A stretch of DNA of 35,346 bases from Acidobacteriota bacterium (GTDB taxonomy: Bacteria > Acidobacteriota > UBA6911 > RPQK01). The stretch spans positions 1 through 35,346 of the forward strand of contig DAOTAI010000003.1 in the NCBI GenBank assembly GCA_035593865.1. The letters are read 5' to 3'. The notes below the pieces were generated by a model. That model was not told the origin of the DNA. It did no database searches and saw only the letters and a program-made list of their open reading frames with translations. The position numbers were made by a program, and so were the translations under genes. Positions 17,575 to 25,139 of the stretch are shown here, piece after piece. Position 1 is the stretch's first letter. Each line of letters opens with the position of its first letter.

Positions 17575-18866
17575 TCGCTCGATACACACTTCCTGAGATG
17601 GCCGACGTCTGGTCGGACGAAAACCGGTTCCGAAAATGGTTGGAAGTAGAAATAGCCGTCTGTGAAGTACTTGCGGAGCTGGGTTGGATTCCCGCCGAGG
17701 CAGTCGAGAAAATCAAAACTAAGGCCGATTTTTCTGTCGAGCGGATCAACGAGATCGAAGAGATTACCCGGCATGATGTGATTGCTTTCACGACCGCTGT
17801 AGCCGAAAAGGTCGGTCCTGAATCGCGATTCATACATTTCGGTCTGACCTCGACCGACGTTGTGGACACAGCGCAGGCGTTGCAAATCAGGCAAGCCTCG
17901 AACTTGATCGAAGCCCGCCTCCTGGAGCTTATTCAAACGTTGAAGGATCAGGCTTTGCGCTACAAGAAGACGCCGATCATTGGGCGCACTCACGGGATAC
18001 ACGCCGAGCCTGTCACACTGGGGTTCAAATTTGCTGTCTGGTACTCGGAAATGGGGCGGAACCTGGAGCGCTTTCGGGAAGCCCGCAAGCGACTTGAGGT
18101 CGGCAAACTGAGCGGTCCGGTCGGCGTTTTTTCTCATTTGCCGCCCGAAGTCGAAGAAAAGGTGTGCCAGAGACTTGGGATCGCCCATGCGGCGGTTTCG
18201 ACCCAGACGCTGCAGCGTGACCGACACGCCGAGTATTTGTGTGTGTTGGCTATCCTGGGGTCGACCTACGATAAAATAGTGACAGAGATACGGCATTTGC
18301 AGCGGACGGAGGTGCGTGAGGCGGCTGAACCATTTGGACGAGGCCAGAAGGGAAGTTCGGCCATGCCTCACAAGCGCAACCCGGTTACTTGCGAGCAGAT
18401 CAGCGGCCTCGCTCGGCTCTTGAGGTCGAATTCAATTGCCGCCCTTGAAAATGTACCCTTGTGGCATGAGCGGGACATTTCACACTCATCGGTCGAGCGG
18501 GTAATTCTGCCGGACAGCACCATTCTCGTTCACTACCTCACGACGAAGCTGACCCGAATCATCCGGGAACTCGTGGTTGACGAGAACCAGATGAAAGCCA
18601 ACCTCGAGTTGACGGGAGGACTTATTTATTCCGGCACGCTGCTGCTTGAGTTGACTAAGAAGGGGGTGCTGCGGGAAGACGCGTATCGATGGGTACAGAG
18701 AAATTCGATGCGTGTCTGGGACGAGGGCGCCGATTTTCAGTCGTTGATCCTCGAAGACCCCGATATCCGAACTTATCTGTCCGAAGAAGAAGTGCGCCAG
18801 GCCTTTAGTCTGGACAACAAATTACGCCATGTGGACGCCATTTTCCGGCGAGTGTTTGGCGGTTAA
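17571..18866 (+). CDS. purB: Adenylosuccinate lyase
   Basis: 431 aa. N-terminus MIARYTLPEMADVWSDENRF and the fumarate-lyase signature GSSAMPHKRNP. Confidence 0.96.
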   Translation: MIARYTLPEMADVWSDENRFRKWLEVEIAVCEVLAELGWIPAEAVEKIKTKADFSVERINEIEEITRHDVIAFTTAVAEKVGPESRFIHFGLTSTDVVDTAQALQIRQASNLIEARLLELIQTLKDQALRYKKTPIIGRTHGIHAEPVTLGFKFAVWYSEMGRNLERFREARKRLEVGKLSGPVGVFSHLPPEVEEKVCQRLGIAHAAVSTQTLQRDRHAEYLCVLAILGSTYDKIVTEIRHLQRTEVREAAEPFGRGQKGSSAMPHKRNPVTCEQISGLARLLRSNSIAALENVPLWHERDISHSSVERVILPDSTILVHYLTTKLTRIIRELVVDENQMKANLELTGGLIYSGTLLLELTKKGVLREDAYRWVQRNSMRVWDEGADFQSLILEDPDIRTYLSEEEVRQAFSLDNKLRHVDAIFRRVFGG

Positions 18867-18872
18867 CTCCTT

Positions 18873-20234
18873 ATGAATCCGCTGTTTCCCACGCGCGAAA
18901 CGCTTGGCGTTAACACTGATCTCTATGAACTGACAATGGCCGCGGCCTACCTGCAGGCCGGCGTTGCCGAGAGACGCGCCACCTTTGAGCTTTTCACACG
19001 CCGCCTCCCGGCTAATCGGTCTTTCCTTGTGGCGGCTGGATTGGAGCAAGCGCTTCACTATGTCCTTAACGTGACTTTCTCCGGAGAGACGGTTGAGTAC
19101 CTGCAATCGCTTCCGCCTTTTCGAAACGTCGATCGGCGTTTCTTTGATTACCTGGCGAATTTCCGCTTCACCGGAGACGTCTACGGGATGCGGGAGGGGA
19201 CGATCTGTTTTGGGCAAGAGCCGCTTCTGCAAGTATCTGGCCCGATTATTGAGGCCCAGATTCTCGAGACACTCCTGATAAACGTGTTGAATTTCCAGAC
19301 AGCAGTTGCTTCAAAGGCCAGTCGTATCGTTCTGGCCGCGCGCGGGCGCTCAGTGGTGGACTTCGGAAGTCGCCGGGCACATAGCCCTCAGGCGGGAGTG
19401 TATGCTGCAAGAGCTGCGTATATAGGCGGATGCGATGGAACGAGTAACGTGCTGGCAGGTTTCGAAATGGGCATTCCGGTCTTTGGGACCATGGCTCACT
19501 CCTTCGTTCAGTTCTTTGAAAGCGAAGCCGACGCCTTTGCCCATTATCAAGCCGTTTTCCCTGAATCCACGATTCTCCTGATAGACACTTACGACCCTCT
19601 TGAAGGCTTGGAGAACGCAATAAAGCAGGGCGGCAAAATCAGAGGCGTCCGGCTGGATAGTGGCGATATTCAACAGCTGGCCTTCAAGGTGCGCGAACTT
19701 CTGAACCGGCACAACCGAGCGGACGTCAGAGTAGTAGCGAGCGGCGACCTTGACGAGCAGAAGATTGATGCCCTGATACGGGCCGGAACCCCAATCGATT
19801 CTTTCGGCGTGGGGACACACCTTGTGGTCTCGGGCGACGCTCCCTCCTGCGACATGGTTTATAAGCTGGTCGAGGTGTTCGAGGGTGGAACGCCGGCGCC
19901 GCGAATGAAAACCAGCCAGGCCAAGATGACTACCCCGTTCAGGAAGCAGGTCTATCGAAAGCGAACCGGGACAGGATTTCAGGCTGACCTGATTTGTCGT
20001 TATGACGAGGATCCGCCGGTCGCACCGGAAGGTGACTATCTGCCGCTGCTCGAGCTATACATCAAGGATGGGAAACCGTGCCGAGTGTTGCCGGATGTGC
20101 ACGCTATCCGGGCGTACGCCCAAGAGCAGCTGGCCTTGCTGCCAGCTCAGTACAAGCTTCTCTTTTCCGCTGAGAATTACCCGGTCGAGTTCAGCCAGGA
20201 GCTGATCAAAGCGCGGGAGAGGTTCCGGGGATAG
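18873..20234 (+). CDS. pncB: Nicotinate phosphoribosyltransferase
   Basis: 453 aa. DLYELTMAAAYL N-terminus, FGSRRAHS, GTMAHSFVQ and IRGVRLDSGD, typical of NAPRTase. Confidence 0.9.
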   Translation: MNPLFPTRETLGVNTDLYELTMAAAYLQAGVAERRATFELFTRRLPANRSFLVAAGLEQALHYVLNVTFSGETVEYLQSLPPFRNVDRRFFDYLANFRFTGDVYGMREGTICFGQEPLLQVSGPIIEAQILETLLINVLNFQTAVASKASRIVLAARGRSVVDFGSRRAHSPQAGVYAARAAYIGGCDGTSNVLAGFEMGIPVFGTMAHSFVQFFESEADAFAHYQAVFPESTILLIDTYDPLEGLENAIKQGGKIRGVRLDSGDIQQLAFKVRELLNRHNRADVRVVASGDLDEQKIDALIRAGTPIDSFGVGTHLVVSGDAPSCDMVYKLVEVFEGGTPAPRMKTSQAKMTTPFRKQVYRKRTGTGFQADLICRYDEDPPVAPEGDYLPLLELYIKDGKPCRVLPDVHAIRAYAQEQLALLPAQYKLLFSAENYPVEFSQELIKARERFRG

Positions 20235-20285
20235 TCCGAAAGAACACTGAATTGTCTCGAAGCGTCTGACCTGCGGTTGCTATCG

Positions 20286-20561
20286 CTACCTCTGGGGCGG
20301 CTGTTTCAGGTACTTGCGTGACATCTCGAAACTGAGGAATGAAACGATCAGGGACGAAACGACCAGCAAAGACGCATCCGAGAAGCTTCCCCGGGACAGC
20401 CTCATAAGTATCACTCCGACAAAGCCGAGGGCGTGGCAAAACCGGATTCCCCAGACCCTGAGATTGGACCCGAAGGGATAACGGATTATCACGAGTACGA
20501 AACCGGCTGAGGCCATGGTGAAGAAGAATAGCGATCCCAAAGCTAGGACTTGTTCCCACAT
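20286..20561 (-). CDS. Hypothetical small membrane protein (about 3 TM helices)
   Basis: 91-aa ORF 55 nt downstream of the kinase-deaminase gene on the same strand. It has three hydrophobic stretches (LALGSLFFFTMASAGFVLVII, ALGFVGVILM, LLVVSSLIVSFL), and AGGGAA lies 9 nt before the ATG. I recognise no family. The overlapping track ORFs look non-coding. Confidence 0.5.
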   Translation of the reverse strand: MWEQVLALGSLFFFTMASAGFVLVIIRYPFGSNLRVWGIRFCHALGFVGVILMRLSRGSFSDASLLVVSSLIVSFLSFEMSRKYLKQPPQR

Positions 20562-20616
20562 GCTGCGGCGTTCCCTGTGGATGACACAACAGACACATCG
20601 GGCTAATCCAGAAGGC

Positions 20617-21618
20617 TCATTCGACTTGGAACTGCCGGCAGATTACCCCTGCCTCTTGGAACAGTCTAAAGGATGCCTCGTTCAACGGGTAGTCTACGTT
20701 GTAGATGACCTCTCGAATGCCTGCGTTAATTATCATCTTGGTGCACATCAGGCAAGGAGCGAAAGTCGTGTACAGAGTGGCATCTTTAACGCTGACCCCG
20801 TGGTAGGCGGCTTGAACTATTGCGTTCTCTTCACCATGCGAGCAAAGACACTCCTCCAGCCGGGTTCCGCTATCGGCCATTTCGTTGCAGCGTGGACATC
20901 CTCCTTCGTAGCAGTTGCGCGTCCCCCTTGGAGTACCGTTGTAGCCTGTTGAAATCACCCGTCGGTCCCGAACGATAATCGCCGCGACCTTTCTCTTTAT
21001 ACAATTACTTCGCAATGAGGCAACCTTGGCGAGCCTCATGAAATACTCGTCCCAACATGGACGATCCAGTTTGCCGGAGAGTTGGGCGAGTAATTCCTGG
21101 ACTTTCTGCCCCAGATCCTCGACGCTTCCCTCGTTCGACAGTTTGACGTCCGCAAGACTTTCTGTGGCTTCCAGTTGCTGGTGCTCGGATTGTTCGTTGG
21201 CAGCCTCCCGTTGTTCGGTGAGGAGGAATTCCTCATAAGTGGCGGGATCCTTCTCACGCCCGCGGGCTTTAATGCGCATGAAACGCACCTCGGCAGGGGC
21301 GACGACGGCGATAAGATGAAACCGGGAAGATGCCCTGAAAACGCTGACTTCGTCGGGGTGCCGGAACGAATCGATGACATAATTCTTGTCAAATTGCAGC
21401 CGGTTGAAAATCTGCTGAGCCAGGTAACCGCTTCCGTTCCGTTTGCGAAGCTCGTTCCCTACCTCGGTAAGCCGTTCCCGGGTGATCTCCTCACCGCGTC
21501 GGACGACCTCTTCACGAATCACATCCGAAAGCGAGTAATAATAGAAGCCCTTGGATTTCAGGTAATCCGCCACTACACCTTTTCCAGCCCCGTTTCTGCC
21601 CGTAAGCCCCAGAATCAT
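20617..21618 (-). CDS. Fusion protein: N-terminal P-loop nucleotide/nucleoside kinase-like domain plus C-terminal dCMP (deoxycytidylate) deaminase domain
   Basis: 333 aa. The N-terminus MILGLTGRNGAGKG is a Walker A, as in dephospho-CoA kinase or dNMP kinases. The C-terminal half has WDEYFMRLAKVASLRS, the zinc motifs CSHGEENAI (H-x-E) and PCLMCTKMI (PCxxC), and an extra GGCPRCN. Confidence 0.85.
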   Translation of the reverse strand: MILGLTGRNGAGKGVVADYLKSKGFYYYSLSDVIREEVVRRGEEITRERLTEVGNELRKRNGSGYLAQQIFNRLQFDKNYVIDSFRHPDEVSVFRASSRFHLIAVVAPAEVRFMRIKARGREKDPATYEEFLLTEQREAANEQSEHQQLEATESLADVKLSNEGSVEDLGQKVQELLAQLSGKLDRPCWDEYFMRLAKVASLRSNCIKRKVAAIIVRDRRVISTGYNGTPRGTRNCYEGGCPRCNEMADSGTRLEECLCSHGEENAIVQAAYHGVSVKDATLYTTFAPCLMCTKMIINAGIREVIYNVDYPLNEASFRLFQEAGVICRQFQVE

Positions 21619-21667
21619 CGTTCCCTTTATAACACATTGACCAGGAACAGGCGGCCCGATTTCAGTG

Positions 21668-21676
21668 TGCTATATT
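21668..21676 (+). promoter_or_regulatory. Extended -10 element (TGCTATATT) 7 nt upstream of the acyl-CoA dehydrogenase ATG; possible leaderless transcript
   Basis: TG 21668-21669, C, then TATATT 21671-21676. ATG 21684 lies where a transcription start would be expected, and there is no Shine-Dalgarno between them. The track start TTG 21675 sits inside this hexamer. Confidence 0.35.
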
Positions 21677-21683
21677 GACTTCA

Positions 21684-22853
21684 ATGACCTCCTCAACTAT
21701 CGACTTCATGAAGCTGGATGAACTACTTACGGACGAGGAGAGGCTGGTGCGCGATAGCGTGCGCGCCTTCGTCGATCGGGACGTGCTGCCGATCATCGAG
21801 GAACACTATCAGGCGGGTCGTTTCCCGGTGCAGTTAGTAAAGACGATGGGCGAGCTTGGTTTCTTTGGCGCCAACCTTGAGGGATACGGCTGTGCGGGGC
21901 TGAATAACATCGCCTATGGCTTAATCATGCAGGAACTGGAGCGAGGCGACAGCGGGCTGCGCAGCTTTGCCTCGGTGCAGGGTGCCCTGGTTATGTATCC
22001 GATCTACAGCTTCGGAAGTGACGACCAGAAGAACCGTTGGTTGCCACGGCTTCAATCCGGGCAGGCGATCGGTTGCTTCGGTCTCACCGAGCCCGATTTC
22101 GGTTCCAATCCGGCCGGCATGCGCACGCGAGCACGGAGAGAGGGCGATTGCTATGTCTTGAACGGTTCGAAAGCCTGGATTACGAACGGGACGCTAGCCG
22201 ATGTCGCGGTTGTCTGGGCAAAGTGCGAAGACGAGCGGATCCGTGGTTTTCTGGTGGAAAAGGGAACTGCCGGTTTCGAGGCTCGCGACTATCACAATAA
22301 ACATTCCCTGCGGGCATCGGTTACTTCCGAGCTGTTCTTTGATGATTGCCGAATTCCCGCGAGCAATCTTCTCCCCGGCACGGAGGGGCTCAAAAACGCA
22401 CTTATGTGCCTCAGCCAGGCCCGTTATGGCATTGCCTGGGGCGCCATTGGGAGTGCCATGGCCTCCTTTGAAACCGCCCGGCGCTGGGCGCTGGAAAGAA
22501 AACAGTTTGGGGACAAGCCCATTGCGTCACACCAGATTGTCCAGGAAAAGCTGGTCAACATGTTGACAGAAATTACAAAAGCGCAGCTTCTTGCCTATCG
22601 ACTGGGGCAGTTGAAGGACGCCGGCACGGTCAGGCCTGAGCAAATATCGATGGCCAAGCGGAATAATGTCGCAATCGCGCTGCAAGCCGCGCGCGTGGCA
22701 CGAGACATCCTGGGTGCAAATGGTATTCTCAGCGATTACCCGGTCTTCCGCCACATGGCCAACCTGGAATCGGTGTATACCTACGAGGGGACGCACGACA
22801 TCCATACTTTGATCCTCGGGCAAAGCATTACAGGAATTTCCGCCTTTGACTAA
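21684..22853 (+). CDS. gcdH: Acyl-CoA dehydrogenase, glutaryl-CoA dehydrogenase-like
   Basis: FGLTEPDFGSNPAGMRTRA, YVLNGSKAWITNG and the C-terminal YTYEGTHDIHTLILGQSITG closely resemble GCDH. The start is ATG 21684 (the alternative is TTG 21675). Confidence 0.88.
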   Translation: MTSSTIDFMKLDELLTDEERLVRDSVRAFVDRDVLPIIEEHYQAGRFPVQLVKTMGELGFFGANLEGYGCAGLNNIAYGLIMQELERGDSGLRSFASVQGALVMYPIYSFGSDDQKNRWLPRLQSGQAIGCFGLTEPDFGSNPAGMRTRARREGDCYVLNGSKAWITNGTLADVAVVWAKCEDERIRGFLVEKGTAGFEARDYHNKHSLRASVTSELFFDDCRIPASNLLPGTEGLKNALMCLSQARYGIAWGAIGSAMASFETARRWALERKQFGDKPIASHQIVQEKLVNMLTEITKAQLLAYRLGQLKDAGTVRPEQISMAKRNNVAIALQAARVARDILGANGILSDYPVFRHMANLESVYTYEGTHDIHTLILGQSITGISAFD

Positions 22854-22937
22854 GCCCTCAGGGCAACACCAGTCGACGCTTTGCCCGACTGCTTCTCTAA
22901 GGTCGAAAGTCTGTACAAACATATGTTCGGGGGAACT

Positions 22938-23489
22938 ATGACGGAACCGATGCTTTGGCGGAGGATCGACAGGCCGGGACATGAATCCGCCCGTCTCCTG
23001 ACACTTGACACCGAACACCGCTTGCTTGGAAGCGCAGTGTTCGTCTACGAAAACCAAGCTTGTCGCTTGGATTACACGATCACCTGTGATCAGGCATGGG
23101 CAACGGTGTCGGCGTCAATCAAGGGTTGGGTCGGAAATCGAGTCATTGAGTCCGAAATTGTCGTGGATGGAGCGCGCATTTGGCGGTTAAACGGACAGGA
23201 GGTCCAGGACCTGGTTGGGTGTTGTGATATAGATCTGAATTTCAGCCCGGCGACCAACACGCTGCCGATACGCCGGCTGAGCCTCGAGCCCGGTGGCCGA
23301 GCGGAATTACGCGCTGCTTGGCTGCGTTTCCCGGATTTCACTCTTGAACCCCTGGAACAGGTGTACCAGCGAGCGTCCGCTGAAGTGTATCGCTACGAAA
23401 GCGGCGGAGGAAAATTCGTTGCTTGGCTTAAAGTCAACGAGGACGGATTTGTTACAGACTACCCTGGGTTCTGGCGGGCGGAAGTGTAG
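22938..23489 (+). CDS. Putative glycolipid-binding domain protein (PF06475-like)
   Basis: MLWRRIDRPGHESARL, CCDIDLNFSPATNTLPIRRL, and the C-terminal VNEDGFVTDYPGFWRAE match my recollection of this family. The start is uncertain: TTG 22881, or ATG at 22923, 22938 or 22950. Confidence 0.7.
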   Translation: MTEPMLWRRIDRPGHESARLLTLDTEHRLLGSAVFVYENQACRLDYTITCDQAWATVSASIKGWVGNRVIESEIVVDGARIWRLNGQEVQDLVGCCDIDLNFSPATNTLPIRRLSLEPGGRAELRAAWLRFPDFTLEPLEQVYQRASAEVYRYESGGGKFVAWLKVNEDGFVTDYPGFWRAEV

Positions 23490-23500
23490 CGTTGTCCACA

Positions 23501-24772
23501 TCACCCGACCACGTACGGGATCGTTTGCGGGCCTTGGGGGAGCACGCAGATTGACGCACCTCGGCCATACTTCGGGATCAGACTAGCCAGCGTGTTTTCT
23601 ACGGACCTGCACGGACAAAGCAGAGCCGCCGCAATCTGGGCATCGGTCAGGTGATCGGAGTAGACAAAGACGTCCGCCTTCAGCTGAATTTGGGCTTGAA
23701 TCTGCGCCTGCCACTGGTCCTGCTTCAAAAACCCTGGTCTAGAGATCATCTCCAGCACGCCCTGCGGACTGCCGCCTGCTATCAAAAGCTCGCGGTAAAG
23801 CCCGTGATCAGGTATGCCGTCCCAACACTCCGAAGCAGCCAGGATTGTCCCTCCTTTTTTGACGATCTGTGCAGCTGCGCTCATCCCTTTGACCGTCTGA
23901 TAGAGATTCAAGTCGAGCGGATAACCGGAATTTGTGGTGACAACGATGTCGAACTCTTCGGGAACGGCGACCATGGCGGTCTCCTTCGCGAAGGCACATC
24001 CCGCCTCGCAAGCGCGCTGCCAATCGCCCGCGAAAACCCCGGTAATCCGTTTTTGGCTGTCAAGGGTGACGTTAAGTAAGAACGTCGGGTTGAGCCAGGA
24101 AGCCGCCTCTTGGATCTCTTCCCAGATCGGGTTGCCCCTTGTGATCCCCCAAGTCGCCTTTGGCGACCCGATCATTCTGGCATCATGATTGCCGAGGATA
24201 GTCTGGAGTCCGGCCATACCGGGCATGACAGCCTTGCCACCTCCCGAAAAACCGGCGAAGAAGTGTGGCTCGATGAAGCCAGTCAGGATTTTTACATCGC
24301 ACTCGACAAGATCTCGATTGAGCCAGACCTCATGACCCTCGGTGGTCGTTCCAAGCCGAACCTGGGTGGATGGATCAAAGGCCGAGTTCTGAACAATGCG
24401 ATAGCGTTCGACGAGTTCGGAACCAAGCATCTCTCGCAGCTCGGCAGGCGTCTGGGGTCGATGCGTGCCTAAGCCATTAAACAGGGTGATATTACCTTCC
24501 GAGACATGGGAAAGCTCACGGAGGATAGCCGGGATCATCAGGTGATTTGGGGCCGGACGAGTGATGTCGCTAAAAACGATCCCCACGCGGTCAGTGGATT
24601 TGACTATCTGGCGAAGCGGCGGAGCTGCAAGGGGATTTAAGAGGGCATCTTCAAGCGCCTTTTTTGGATCTGGAAGTGGTGGCGGGTGTTTCGGCTCGAC
24701 GACCGATACGTTCCAACGGTCATTCAAATCGACCTCAAGCCCCTGCTTTCCGTACGCGAGGTGGATTCTCAT
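23501..24772 (-). CDS. larA: LarA-family nickel-pincer-cofactor-dependent 2-hydroxyacid racemase/epimerase homolog (DUF2088)
   Basis: GLGTHRP, TGFIEPHFFAGFSGGGKAV, ILGNHD and TNSGYPLDLNLYQTVKGM align by eye with L. plantarum LarA (His108, His174/Lys184 and His200 regions). I prefer ATG 24772 (MRIHLAYGKQG). The track start 24808 is a GTG. Confidence 0.85.
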   Translation of the reverse strand: MRIHLAYGKQGLEVDLNDRWNVSVVEPKHPPPLPDPKKALEDALLNPLAAPPLRQIVKSTDRVGIVFSDITRPAPNHLMIPAILRELSHVSEGNITLFNGLGTHRPQTPAELREMLGSELVERYRIVQNSAFDPSTQVRLGTTTEGHEVWLNRDLVECDVKILTGFIEPHFFAGFSGGGKAVMPGMAGLQTILGNHDARMIGSPKATWGITRGNPIWEEIQEAASWLNPTFLLNVTLDSQKRITGVFAGDWQRACEAGCAFAKETAMVAVPEEFDIVVTTNSGYPLDLNLYQTVKGMSAAAQIVKKGGTILAASECWDGIPDHGLYRELLIAGGSPQGVLEMISRPGFLKQDQWQAQIQAQIQLKADVFVYSDHLTDAQIAAALLCPCRSVENTLASLIPKYGRGASICVLPQGPQTIPYVVG

Positions 24773-24836
24773 ATCGCCATTATAAGTTCGGCCCAGTCGA
24801 GTCTTCACTTTTTTCGGCGAAACAGAGAAGCGCTTT

Positions 24837-24855
24837 TCAGCGGAGCGTCAGCGGA
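24837..24855. promoter_or_regulatory. Direct repeat TCAGCGGA x2 at 11-bp period, upstream of larA-like gene
   Basis: TCAGCGGA at 24837-24844 and 24848-24855. One helical turn apart, 65-83 nt upstream of ATG 24772 on the opposite strand. Confidence 0.3.
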
Positions 24856-25008
24856 CGGGGAGCCACCCGGCCGTGCTCGGGAGCTAACCTTTAGATGCCG
24901 TCCTTGCGGCCGGCGGCAGCTGAGTGACGCGCCTTTATTGTGGCCGGATTCTCCAGAGTCCGCCACCGTGCCGTTAGTAGGATCGATGTTGCTTGAAGAG
25001 TCCGGGCA

Positions 25009-25050
25009 GAGTCTTGGGGACAGTCCCTTAGGGTCTTAGGGACAGTCCCT
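25009..25050. repeat. 22-bp tandem direct repeat x2, each unit carrying the palindrome GGGACAGTCCC
   Basis: Unit 1 is 25009-25028 GAGTCTTGGGGACAGTCCCT. Unit 2 is 25031-25050 GGGTCTTAGGGACAGTCCCT. They match at 18 of 20 positions with a 22-nt period. Confidence 0.75.
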
Positions 25051-25139
25051 GACCCCGATGACCAGCAGTTGTTGACATAGCGTGACTCGAACATGAGTGA
25101 CGTGAGGGGTCGAACTTGTGTGCAACAGGTTGAGGCGAG

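Noticed and set aside
20206-20952. Track ORFs 20206..20598 (-) and 20515..20952 (+)
   Set aside because: The first overlaps the pncB 3' end and the 3-TM ORF in another frame, with Pro/Arg-rich composition. The second is antisense to the dCMP deaminase domain, whose zinc motifs unambiguously fix the coding strand.
24995-25015. GAAGAGTCCGGGCAGAG resembling the RNase P RNA P4 motif GAGGAAAGUCCGGGC
   Set aside because: Only this short stretch matches. I could not find the other universally conserved RNase P blocks (for example the ACAGAA..CGGCUUA 3' region) on either strand. The surrounding sequence does not give the P1-P4 pseudoknot architecture.
25009-25050. Mini CRISPR array
   Set aside because: There are only two units, directly abutting with a 2-nt gap and no spacers, and no cas genes are present. 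It is a simple tandem repeat.
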